Source: the human T2T-CHM13v2.0 reference genome, Homo sapiens. From it: 64,000 nt of DNA. The stretch's first letter is position 1; each line of letters opens with the position of its first letter. The notes below the pieces were generated by a model. That model was not told the origin of the DNA. It did not search any database and saw nothing but the letters and a program-made list of their open reading frames with translations. A program made the translations under genes and the position numbers. The stretch is from assembly GCF_009914755.1 (NCBI RefSeq), contig NC_060934.1; one strand, given 5' to 3'. This document shows, piece by piece, positions 32,561 to 47,348 of this stretch.

Positions 32561-33164
32561 TACACTACCTACCATTGCTGCATAGAATCCTAAGGAGGAG
32601 CTTTGACAAATAGCTTCCTAGTTATCTTACTGGGAACGATTCAGATTTCAGTTCCCCCCAGTAGATGTCTATCACTGTTTCCCAAATTTGTATGTGCATT
32701 TGAGTAATCAAAGAATTAAAAAAAAAATGAACCCAAAATACTGCCCCTGATCATGTGATCTAATAGATCTCAGTTGAGGAATTGATTTTATAAAATTTCA
32801 CAGGTATTTCTGATGTTCATCCAGGTAAGAGAACCATTGGCCTGTCTTTTATTGTCCCCAAAGCCTCATCTAATACCCTGTATGGAGCAGACTATAGGCA
32901 GGTAAAGCCTTGGGATTTTTGGAGAATCCATCAAAAGGCTGGTATCTTCAATCACTCCTCCACCTTATTGCTGGCACCTTCAATTCCACCATCAGCGTTT
33001 AAACTGTTTAGCTTTTTACTGTCAAAATAACCCACTAAAGACGGGAATGGAAAATGCATAGCCAATGTAATACCATTTTTTACTCCCAACCAATAGCCCT
33101 GCGACTAATTGATCAACGTCCTCTTCCCACTGAAATCAAATGTGACCTCAGATTCCTTCTCACT

Positions 33165-33279
33165 CCAATGATCTGGGCAGTTACAACCAGTTAATTATTA
33201 TTGACACACAAAAATGATTTGTCATCCTCGGCTCGGGTGTTACTATTATCCCCTGTGCACTTTGAGTAGGCGGAAAAAG
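33165..33279 (+). pseudogene. Relic A, candidate PNLIP exon-9 equivalent
   Basis: DLGSYNQL vs DFAACNHL and VILGSGVTIIPCA vs SILNPDGFAAYPC; ends AG|GTGA at about the expected distance. Confidence 0.45.
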
Positions 33280-34118
33280 GTGATTTGTTTGCATCTCCTT
33301 AACATGCACTAAGGGCCTGAGAGTGGCAAGTGATGATAAAGTGAGAAATCACGAACACTTCCTGTATCTCAGGCTGATAATGGCGCGTGTGTTCATTACT
33401 TCAACAAGTATTTATAGAGTTGCTCTTGTCCAGGCCCCATGTTTGGCAGCAGGGTTCAAAAGAAGAAAATAAACATGGCCCTCAGCCTCATGAGGTTCAC
33501 TGTCCCACACTTCACAGAGAGGGTTCCATCAAGAGGTGAGCATTTAGCTTGGAAGTTTCAGAGGAATGAAGGAATGAAACAATGTTGTTTGCATGCACTT
33601 GACAAATAGGAAATGTAACATTTACTATCATTTCCTTGGAACCCCTGCTTCCTTCTTAACAATGTGCTCTGAGGATGGAATCAATCCTTTGGCCTCAGCA
33701 AGCATTTTACTTAGTAGCAAGCCTTCTCAGCTGATGTCTTCTCGCACCATTTGTGGGTTTATTCTTCAATTGAGCTCGTTAATTTGTACAATTTCTTGTT
33801 ACTCCTGTGTTTGTTTCCTGTGTTTGTTACATCCCCACTTCACTAGAAAGAATCAGTGGCTCCAAAGTTGTTCAGTGAGAGGCGAAATCAGAGATGACAA
33901 TAGCAGCGTAAGTACCAGGCACAGAAGCGTGTAATAAACCAAAACCCAGCCTTGGTTCAAATGAATCTGAAAGCATGAGAGAAGCCAACTGAACAGCAAA
34001 ACTTTTTCCATCTTCCTTCAGGTCTATAGTGTGTGAACATTTCTCCAGCAGTAGCGTCAAGTTTTTGACATTCTCATGACATTTTTAAGCAAAATATGGT
34101 GGCCTCTTGATTAAGTGT

Positions 34119-34437
<319 letters not shown>

Positions 34438-34499
34438 TAAGTGTATTATTTTTTAAACAAGCAGAAAACAATACCTTCCAGAATTAGGTTTATAAATAG

Positions 34500-35345
34500 G
34501 ATATGAGTTCAAGAGTACACAGGCATCATTCAATGTTGCAGCCCTTATGGCAAAAACAGGTGCAAGTCGCAGTATCGCAGAGGAGCTTGTAAAACCAGTC
34601 TCAAAGTCAGTGACAAATATTTTTGAGAAAACAGAATAAGCTATCGGTTAAATGCCTTTTCAGATGAAGCTGTTGGATGTTGCATCATATCACTAGTATA
34701 CCATGTGGAATTACTATCACTTGTGCACACCAACAGGCTTATACAGTTGTACAAAACCATCGATACGTAAAGTAGCACGAGGGAGAAGTGTGATGACCTT
34801 TTGTCCTCTGTATTGTGGAAAGCCCATGCCAAAAGGAGCAAAGATTTCCACCTAGCTCAATGGTTGGTGTGTGAGCCATAAGATAAACTGGAAGAGGTAT
34901 ACTGGGATCAATACAGACAACACCAGCTGTGTTTGCAGCAAAGAGGCTGGAGGACACAACTGAAAAATATGGCACCAGAATGCCAGTTATGCATGGCTGA
35001 ATGTGCAAAGAACAGTTGGTCTACAAAATGCCTTCTGATCCTGAAATGGTGTTGAGAAAGATTGTGAAATTTTTGATATGACAATATTGTGGCCACGGAA
35101 TATGTGTTTAGCATGCTGTATGAAGAAAAGAACTCCGGTTCTGAAGGGAAGTGTGTTCATGTTGAAGAAGAAAAAAGTGTGTTCAATATCCCTGATGATG
35201 TCTGTTCCGTTATTTCCAATGAATGATCTTAGCAATAGATTTATTTTCTTGAATAGACTGAACCTCTCACTTCTTGGATAAAATACCACAGTTTTTAATG
35301 CTGAGGGGAAAAAATATAATTTTTAAGAAGAGAAAAATATGGTGA
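34500..35345 (+). mobile_element. hAT-Charlie/Buster-type transposase remnant
   Basis: DLSNRFIFLNRLNLSLLG*NTTVF resembles hAT LADIFxxLNxLNLSLQGKNTTIF; further degenerate DE, TD and HC-x-H-like motifs in order. Confidence 0.6.
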
Positions 35346-37084
35346 GAAACTGCTTGATGCCCAAGATTGGATTCTTTCTAATTACTCAATAATTTTCCCC
35401 ATTTGCCCCCTCCAGCCCTATGCCCTGCTGCCAAATAGGCATATTTTTAAGAATAAAGAAGAAACCTCAATATCCTCAATTGAGGATGTTAAGAATGGCT
35501 GGATTCTCAGATATTCGTCACTCTCTTTGTAAAACATCAACAGGTATCTGCAGCACGGTGATTCCACTGTGACTCAGTATGTCTGTGTGTTCTCAAACGT
35601 ATTTACCACTTACACTGTTAACATAGGTGTATAATTTAATCAAACATTACACCAGCCAATGATATAAAGATATACACCAGACTCTCTTGGGAAGCTTTAA
35701 AAATCCCAGCCCATCCTCCAGCCCAATTTCACCAGCATCCCTGGGAATGGGTCCCAGGCCTCGGTGTTTTCTTTAGAGATCTTCAGGTCATTCCAATATA
35801 CAGCCAAAGCTGAGAAACAGAGATTGATCACCCAGCTATCTTAGGTATGGAACAAAAGAAACAGTTGGCACAAATTATTAGTTTAGACTTTTTTCCTTCC
35901 TTTTTTTTAGCATAGCTCACAATGACCAAGCTACCTCCATAGATTCTCAGGAATTTTATCTCTTTCCTTTTTTGACTCCTTTTACTAAGTAGTGGCATTT
36001 GAGAAGACGTTGTCATTTTAGGGGTCTAGGATGTAGCCTACCTTTATATAACTGCAGCTGATTTTTTTCTTTTTGAGATATTGTGAAAAAAAGGCCCTGT
36101 GGCACCTCCCATCCTGATGAAGTCCTGAATGTGTGGGCATATTCAGACATCTTCATAGCTCACTAAGCAAATAGAGACTACTCAAAAGATGCTTGAAGCT
36201 AGGCACAGGGTAGTTCCAGGTGCTCGGGAGGCTGATGCGGAGGATTACTTGAGCCCAGGTGCTCAAGACCAGCTCAGGCAATATAGCAAGACCATGCTGT
36301 AAAAAATTATTTTCAAAAAAAAGAAAGTCGGGGAAAAAATTAGCACAGTGAGGGTGGGACTGGAGGACAGCACCAAAGGGGAAGATTTCATGCTCAGGAG
36401 GGAATTATGATACAGATAGATAGATACCGATTGAATACCAGGGTCGCTGGGTAGGCCATTGGTGAGTGTTGCCAGGTGTGTGGGTGATGGGGGAATATGA
36501 GGGTAGGGAGTGTAGTGGGGAGGAAATAATGTTCCTGACCGAGCAAAAGAAAAGTGAGAGGAGAGCTGAGCAACTCTGCCGTGAGTCCCCAGGGCCCTTG
36601 GGGAATTCCACTAACCAATCATTCTTGGAATCTCTTTTGTTATCCTCTCTGGGGTCCAGATGGGAAGACACAGGAACAACTGTTTCTCTGCAAGTCCTTG
36701 TTTCTCAGGCTTTCAAACTCATGCTCATTTGTCCATTCAGCAAAAGTTTGCCTGAGGTAGGAGCCTCTTTGGCTTATCTGAAAAACAGCAGCGTGGCCAG
36801 AGCCAGAGTGCAAGGCAGAAAGTGAGAAGAAACGACGTGAGGGAGCAAAACAACCAACCTTGCAAGCCATGGGAAGGAACTTGGAACACGTCCCAAGGAA
36901 GCTGGGAGACGCGTGGAAGATCTTGAGCACATTCTCTAAGTTAGCTCCCTAAGAGGAACACCTTTACCCTTAACTTTTGCAGAGCTCTTCACTAAAGACA
37001 TAGCCTCATTTTTGTGACTGTGATTGACGTTAAAAGACTAATGTAAACCTGGTGGCAATCTGGTGTTTCAATATCTGTTGGGGA

Positions 37085-37830
<746 letters not shown>

Positions 37831-39429
37831 CTGTTGGGTGTTTTACTTAATGGACCAGTTTTCTAAAGAATTACTTCCTTGACACTTCTTTGCAAGGAGT
37901 CTTTTCTTTCCTAAGTGATTTTGTTCCTAAGTCATGCTTCCACACAGCACACAGGCATTAACAAGATCCCTGGAGTCAGAAAGAACAGACCCTGGAGACC
38001 TGCCTTCCTTCCTGTGGGCACCTGTGACTGATGGGGACCTAAGCAAGTCAAGGGTGACCATAGTTGAGCTATCTCAAGATGTGATGTGCTGTGGAGACTG
38101 GAGAAGAATAGGTTTAGGGGGCAAGTTCAAGCAGCTCCCCATGGTATGTGAGTGCCCTCTGTGTACTAGCCCCTTGGGCAACTTCGGCCTCATATAAATG
38201 ATATCTGGGGACCCAGGGAGCACTGGGTAAATCTGCACTGAGATTTTGGGTTTCAATTGACCTCAAGCTGCCTAGAAATCACAATTCCCGTAGGTATGAT
38301 AACTAACAATGGATATATTCAAGCACCCTACCAAATCATGAATTTTAGATAATTTAGGGATAGCAAATGGAGAAGGATTTTTTTCTAATATAGAAAAGCT
38401 CTTTTAGGATATTATGGCTATGCACAAATACTATATCTTCAGAAATATTCATAAATACTGCCCAAGCCATTAAGGATGTTGGCAGCCCAGTAGATTTTTT
38501 TTTTACTTAAACTTTTAATGGACTTTAGAAGGAAATCAGTGAATAATGAAATACTGAAATACTCTAAACTATTTTTCTACTGGGAAATAAAGGGCACTCT
38601 AGAGGCCTAAATAAATCATTACAGCTAATAAAATTTCCTGATATTGCCTCTAGTGAATTTTCACCAGGAAGATTGAATTTGTACAGATTTATACAGTCAA
38701 ACAAGGTCAGTCTAGGAAAGGAAAGCTGTTTATCCAGCATGTGGGCAACATAAATTCAGACTATTCATTATGTAACCACACCTTTGGTAGATGCCCTTTG
38801 TAGCTTTCCCGTGAGATTGGAGAAGAGAAGGCTTACGTTGCTGGAAATAGATATGACTGCTAGTGAGAGAGGACACTGTAAGATTCGTTCCTAGGATATC
38901 GGACTGAAAATCCTGTGCTTTCAGTCATTGCAGACTTTCAGTTTTATCTCTTGCCAAAATCATATCTCACTTTAATTTGCATTGTCATTACTATATTTAA
39001 TTCTATTTTATGTGTAATTTTTCATATGTATATATATTTCAGTTCTGAATTTCTTGTTTGTGTATTTTACCTCTTTTCTTATTTATTGTATCTGGATGGT
39101 TTGTCTTTTCCTGATTGATTTGTAAAAACTCCTTTTATATCATGGATATTGTTTCGATTGACATATATATTGCAAATATTTTTCCTAGGTTGTGGTTTGC
39201 ATTTTGTCTTTGTTTTTATCTTGTGGAGATGTTTTTTATTTTTATGCGCTCATCATTCAACTGAGGTTAAGATTAGCTTTATTTTTAAAAAATACCATTC
39301 ACTAATTATCCAAAATCCATCAATTTCCATTTAATTGATTTAATGATATCTTTATACTAGTTTATATTGCTATAGATGCTTAGGTCTAATACTAGATTCA
39401 CTACTTTGTGCTGTTCATTTGTCTATTTT

Positions 39430-39660
39430 AGTTTCTCAGCCTTGGCACTATTGACAGTTTTGGGCTAGTTATTCATTGGCAGGTGGGAGTGGGCGGCTGT
39501 CCTGCGCATTATTGTAGGATGCTTAGCAGCATCCCTGGCCTCCATCCTCTAGATGTCAGTAACACACAACTAAGCATCCCTCAACTGTAACAAAAAAATA
39601 CCTCCAGCCATTGCCAAACGTCTTTGAGGAGCAAAATTGTCCGCAGTTGTGAACCCTGGT
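39430..39660 (+). mobile_element. MER20 DNA transposon
   Basis: gtttctcagccttggcactattgac...tgtaggatgcttagcagcatccctggcc. Confidence 0.8.
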
Positions 39661-41239
39661 CTATGTCTATCCCTCTACCTCATTATTTTAATAATAACTG
39701 TGGCTTCCAGCATACTCTGGTATTAGGTAGGGCAAGTTACCCCCTTTTATCAGAATTTCCACATTCAGAATTCCAAAATTTAGAATCACCCAGTGAATTA
39801 AGAAAAAAAATCCTGATGTAAATTATGTATCAATAAAGTTGTTATATTTTTAAAATCCTGTCAACATTTTATTGAGTTTGCATTTAATTCAAATATAATT
39901 TGGTAGGAACTGACACCTTTTATGATACGCAGCCATCCTCTTCAAGACATGTCTCCACTGTGTCAGGTGCTTGTATAATACTTTAGTGGAGTTCTATGGC
40001 TTTTTTTTTGTAAAGGTAGAGCGGCAGTCTGTAGCCATTAAGACCACAACCTTTGGTGCAAATCCTGACTCTCTTGTGTTCTGGAAATGATTTTGGCGAG
40101 CTGGTGATGCTTTTTGAAGCTCAGTTTTCTCAGTTACAAAATGATTGTAATAATGTTAATGCCAACCCCATAGTTTGTTTTAAGGATTAAGTGATAAATG
40201 TAAAAAAAAAAATCCCCATTTCAACAGGTGCTTGTTATTAGCTACCATTGCGATTCCTAGATATTTTGTGTCTTGTTTTTGTGAGTAGAACTTCTTCTTT
40301 CATCATGCGAATTGTTTCTGTAGCATGAAGTTTGTTGACTCTTGCATATAAATTTTACAACTCACCACCTTACTGAACTCTCTTATGGTTTTCAATGGTT
40401 TTTTTTTTCAATATAGTGATAGCATCTGGAAATAAGGGAATATTGCCTCCTTCTTTCCACCTGGTTTTAACTGCTTGTTATTGAATTGATGAGTTATTTA
40501 GCACTTTCAGAACAATTTAAATTATAATAAATGACAAGCATCCTTGCTTCATCTGGTGTAAATGAAAATGTAAATGAAAATGCTTCTAGCCTGTCATCAT
40601 TAAACATTGGTTCCTGAGAAGTATTATCATTCTGTTGAAGTAGTTTTGTATTCTTCCTTTCAAAATTTTTGTTTGTTCATTTTTTTAATCAAGAATAAAT
40701 ATTGACAGAGTAGAATAGTGGTTGCCATTCTACTATGGCAAATGCGGAGTTGCTCATCAGTGGGCATGAAGTTTCAGTTACGCAAGAGAGAGAGTAATGC
40801 TAGAGAGCTGCTGTACAACACCGTGCCTGTGGATAATGATACTGTATCATGCACTTAAACATCTGTGAAGAGGAAGATCTCATGTTAAGTGTTCTTGACA
40901 CAATACAATAATTAAAAAAAGTAATAGACAAGGAAACCAATGAAACAAAATAGACACAGACCCACACAAATATAGGAATGATGCATTATTGAACTGGCAG
41001 ATGCAGATGAGTGGGGACAGATTGGGCAGTTCAACAAATAGTGCATGGACAGCTGATTAAACATATGAAGTTTGACCCCTTACACCATACGATACCTAAA
41101 GAAATTAACTGTAGGTGGATTCGAGACTCAAATGTAAAAGGAAGAACTATAAAACAATTGGAAGACAGTATCAAATATCTTTATATTTTCTGAATTGAGA
41201 AGGATGGTTTTAAGGTATTAAAAAATATAGACCATAAAG

Positions 41240-41759
41240 CAGTGGTCCCCAACCTTTCTGGCACCAGGGACCGGTTTTGTGGAAGATAATTTTTCCATGG
41301 ACCAGGGCGGGAGGATGGTTTCTGGATGATACAAGCGCAGCACATTTATTGTGCACTTTATTTCTATTATTATTATATTGTAATATGTGATGAAATAATT
41401 ACACAACTCACCATAATGTAGAATCAGTGGGAGCCCTGACCTTGTTTTCCTACAACTAGATGGTTCCATCTGGGGATGATGGGAGACAGATCATCAGTCA
41501 TTAGATTCTCATAAGGAGCATGCAACCTAGATCCCTCTCATGCACAGTTCACAGTAGGGTTTGTGCTCCTATGAGATTAATGCTGCCACTGATCAGACAG
41601 GAGGCAGAGCTCAGGCAGTACTGTGAGCAATGAGGAATGGCTATAAATACAGATGAAGCTTCACCCATTTGCCCACCACTCACCTCCTGCTGTGAGGCCT
41701 GATTCCTTACAGACTATGGACCAGTACCAATCTGTGGCCCTGGGGGTTGGGGACCCCTG
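41240..41759 (+). mobile_element. MER1A (hAT-Charlie) inside an old L1ME
   Basis: CAGTGGTCCCCAACC...GGTTGGGGACCCCTG terminal inverted repeats and 8-bp TSD ccataaag. Confidence 0.9.
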
Positions 41760-43345
41760 CCATAAAGGGAAACATAATATATTCAATTACAGTAGTATTA
41801 AGAACTTCTGTTCATGAAAAGAAAACATAAAGAAAGTGAAAATCCAATCCTTTAACTGGGAGAATATATTTCAAAACATATAACTGGAAAATTATTTATA
41901 TCCAGAATATATAAGTGATGCTTACAAATTAATAAAAAGGAGAAAACCAACCCAATAAAAAATAGTCAAAAGGCACTTTATTGAGGAATAAATCCAAATA
42001 ACCCAAAAAGAAGTTCTAGCTCATTGGCAATCAGGGAAACTAATTGAAATGACCAGACTGTTTTACTGGCAACAGATTACCAAAACTTTTAAAAGCCTGA
42101 TAATATCAAGTTATTGTGAGGATGTAGAACAACTGAAACAGTTTTACAGCTCTCATGGGAATGTAAATTGGAACAACCTCTTTGGAAATAATTTGACACT
42201 ATCCAGTAAAGACTAAGGCCAACCTATGAAGACCCTACATATCAAGTTCGCTCCTAGATATGTAACCTGAAAAAATCATATACAATTGCACAGGGTCATG
42301 TATAAGAATGTTCACAGCAACGAGTTTTGTGCCAAAACTAGGAACACTACAAATGTCCACATATGCCCAGATAATTAATTGTGATGTAATCATACAACAG
42401 AATACTATACAGTGGTGAACACTGGATCCAAGCTACACACAACATGGACACACAACATGGATGAGTTTTGGAAACTGTTGAATGAAAAAGCTGAGTCACA
42501 GAAGAATGCATGTAGTTTGCTCCATTTATAGAAAGTCAGAAATATGCAAAACCAAACAGTATGTTTTTAGAGATACAAACATATTGTAAAACACACAAAG
42601 TATGAAGACAGCAGGGGAGAGATAAACGTATTTAGATTTGTGACCACCTGTGATGGGGGAGGGAAGTGGGTAGAATAGAGGAGGGTCACTCAGGAGGTTT
42701 GTCCTGATCCTTCAACTGGGTGGTAGATTTGTGAGTGTTTGTTCACACATGCATTCAACAAATGTTTGTTCAGAGCCTCCCCCCTGTATCAGGAGAGAGA
42801 GCAGCTGTTCTGCCCACCAGAGCTGATTTCTGATGCTGAGAGATAATTGATTAATAAATAATATATATTCTATAGTGATAAATGCTAAGGATTTTTTTAA
42901 ATGAAGAATAGAAGAAGGAGAGGAAGTATTGGCTGGGATGGGTGCTGAAATTTTATATTTGGTGGCAGGGGAAGGGCTCACTGCAGAGGTAGCAGGCATT
43001 TGGGAGAATCCCTGGAGGAAGTGAGGCTCAGCCCTGTGGCTGTGTGGGGAAGAGAGCTGCGGGCTGAGGAAGGGCCAGGGCAAAGGCCTTGAGTGTGAGG
43101 GCCAGGGGAGGGGGCAGCGGTCAGCTCTGCTGTAAGGACAGGATGGAGGCAGGTGACTGGAGCCCAGCTGGAGAAGGGTAAAGAGGAGGCCAGGTCTGAG
43201 GTGGTGGGTTGGAGAGTAGATCATGATGAAGACTTTGGCTTTTCTTCTAAGGAATATGTGACACTATAAGGAGGTTTTCAGCAAAAGAGCAACAGCCACT
43301 GCAACATGATTCTTTCTACCCTAGACATATCTTATCAGGATTTCC

Positions 43346-43705
43346 TATGGTCTGAATGTTTGTGTCCCAGCAAAATTCCTATATTAAAATCCTAACACCC
43401 AAGGCAATGGTATTAGGACTGAAGGCCTTTGGGAGGTCATTAGGTCATGGGGGCAGAGGCCTCATCAATGGGATTAGTGCCCTTATAAATGAGGCCTGGG
43501 AGAGACCCCTCACTCTTCTGCTCTTTAAGGATGCAGCAAGAAGACGTCATCTATGAACCAAAAAAGGGGCCCTCACCAGACTTGGAATCTGCTGGCACCT
43601 TGATCTTGGACTTCCCAGCCTCCAGAACTGTGAGAAATCAATTTCTGTTGTTTGAAATCCACCCAGTTTATGATATTTTGTTATAGCAGCCTGATTGGAC
43701 TAAGT
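43346..43705. mobile_element. MLT1A-type MaLR solo LTR
   Basis: ctatggtctgaatgtttgtgtccc...ttatagcagcctgattggactaag. Confidence 0.82.
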
Positions 43706-44221
43706 ATTCTTTTCTGAAAATTCAATATTAATTTGTTATAAAGGTATTCAAAGACAAAAGTGGGTTTTTCTCCCACCTCTATCTGCCCACTTTATTCCCA
43801 TGGGTTAATAGAAGAGGAAGCAGGCGAGCTTACAATTCAAGTGTTTCAATTAGTAAATAAGCTTAGAACTCAAGTATAAACAGCTAAGCCTGCAGTAATT
43901 AGGCATTCAATGTTGTATTTCCTAAATAGCAGCCAGGAGCTGCTGTGCAGACCTAGTCTCTGGCTGTGACCATAGGGTTAACTTGACACTGGTATGAACA
44001 CATGCCTTGAAGAATTAGGACTCTGGTTCTCAGAAGTTTCTGTTCTCCAATGTTTTAGCCCAGTTTTGAGATAATGAGAGCTCATTAAAGTCCTAGTGTA
44101 AGATTTTACGAACAGCTGATGTGACCAGGCCTACTAGACAAAATAATGTATTCTTCTATATCCATAACTAATCTAATTTTTACAAGAACTGGTCTTTTTC
44201 TTTGTGTTGTGTCATCACAAG

Positions 44222-44390
44222 AACATCACTCGAGCCTCTTGGTCAGTCATTACACACAAAGGTCTCTGCCTCCTTATTGGTCCTGCTTTCTATTTTCTGT
44301 ACCTGCCATTTTACTTGGGCACTGAATATCTCTTTTTAGGGACACACAGGCAAGCCACAATGGCTCTAACTATTTCTTCTTAACATACCA
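44222..44390 (+). pseudogene. Relic A, candidate PNLIP exon-12 equivalent
   Basis: Phase-2 start A|TSLEPLGQSLHTK vs GKLEPGMTYTK; later FTWALNI vs FIWYNNVI. Confidence 0.4.
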
Positions 44391-44504
44391 CAAGGCCCTG
44401 CTTCTGGCCTCAAGAACTTAGGAGCTGATGGACAAGGCAGACGCTGTACACACAATCTCCAATTCTCTTCTCCAGAAGATCTTTTCTGACTCCTTTTTTC
44501 CTAG

Positions 44505-44569
44505 ATGGAATTTTCCAAGTTGAATCTCAGTTTACTTTCCTTCTCATCATTTCATTGGGCAGCCTGTAA
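44505..44569 (+). pseudogene. Relic A, candidate terminal exon
   Basis: Strong acceptor ttttttcctag; WNFPS vs FNFCS; ends ccTGTAA after 65 nt (PNLIPRP3 last coding exon here is 64 nt); AATAAA near 44904. Confidence 0.5.
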
Positions 44570-45261
44570 CTTATTTTTCCTTTATTATTTGACCACGGCT
44601 CCTTCTGTTAGCTCACTTTTTTCCCTACATTAGTGCTGAGAGGTAAATGCGCTGGTTATATGTTATTCTAAGCTAAAATAACACCCGTTTTTCTAGAATG
44701 ACTGAATGATCTTGCTGGGTTAGCAGTGAGTGAAGAACTATTGCTAATTTTCTGTTTTTGACCTTGCTATGAGTTAGACAAGCTGTTCATAGAAAAAGTA
44801 TGGGCAGGTAATTTCTTCATATTTATTTTCCAGGCAACCCTAATGGGCTTTGTGGTCACAAAACCCTTTCAGCCACAAGGATGTATATGCTGGAAATTGT
44901 GGAATAAAAAAACAACTACACTGAAAAAGTGACTCATTTAAGCACTGATTACCCAGTTTTAAAAATAAATTTTATGTGTGCATTTATGACCTTTCCTCAA
45001 TTGTTATTGATGTAAGCTTTTCAGTGGTTTAAATTGGAAATATATCCTGGAAACCTCTCTTTTCTTGATCTTTTTCTATGGAATTATAGGAAAAAGCAAA
45101 CATTTACCTATAAAAGGGCATTTATACTCTGGCATGGTATCTGAAACCTCCTGGAGCTACTTGGTGAGGTGAAAAATGTGCCATACTTAATTAGGTAATG
45201 GCAAATGTTTTTTACATATAAAATTTATTTCATATCTATTTATCTATATTCAAATTAAACT

Positions 45262-46840
<1,579 letters not shown>

Positions 46841-46899
46841 TTATGTAACGGATAAAACTGAATATACTGAGTATTTTCCTTTGATATCTATTTTCATAG

Positions 46900-47053
46900 A
46901 GTAGTTTTAGAAACTCGAAAGAACTCATATTGTTTTGCTCATAAGTAGCACTTGCATCCAGGGGACCCTCAAACTCAAGCCAGAGATGGAAAAGCTCAGA
47001 CATGCATGAAAAGGAAAAACTTCTGGTCACAACGGGAACCTTAAGTGCTCAAG
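46900..47053 (+). pseudogene. Relic B, PNLIP exon-3 equivalent
   Basis: ttttcatag acceptor and GTAAAG donor, 154 nt. ER..CFAH..GTLK..LLVT.GN vs ERLGCFSD..GTLQ..LLYTNEN. Confidence 0.55.
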
Positions 47054-47276
47054 GTAAAGCCTAAACCATTAATGAATTGACTGAATTAATGGCAATGGCC
47101 ATCTATCTTGAATGGTAAAAATGAGTCTGAAAGTATGGCTGATCTGAGAAGTGGCAGGAAAAAGACAGCTTACTTCCTTAGAAAAGAGCATTCCTGCCAC
47201 CCATACAGAAGTGAAATTGTTGAAGCACTGGTTTGAATGATTGTTTGTGGGGTCCTGGGAGAAAAGCCAGAAGGGA

Positions 47277-47348
47277 AGAAATACCTGCTATGAACTTCAT
47301 TTTAACTCATCATGGATCATTTGACAAAGTCACATTCTAGAAAACTGT
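47277..47348 (+). pseudogene. Relic B, candidate fragment of exon-4 equivalent
   Basis: agaaatacctgct...catcatggatcatttgacaaag resembles the coding sequence of RKTRF-IIHGFIDKG. Confidence 0.35.

Noticed and set aside
42712-43224. 170-aa Pro/Ser-rich minus-strand ORF
   Set aside because: Lies over purine-rich L2-like sequence and has no domain signature.
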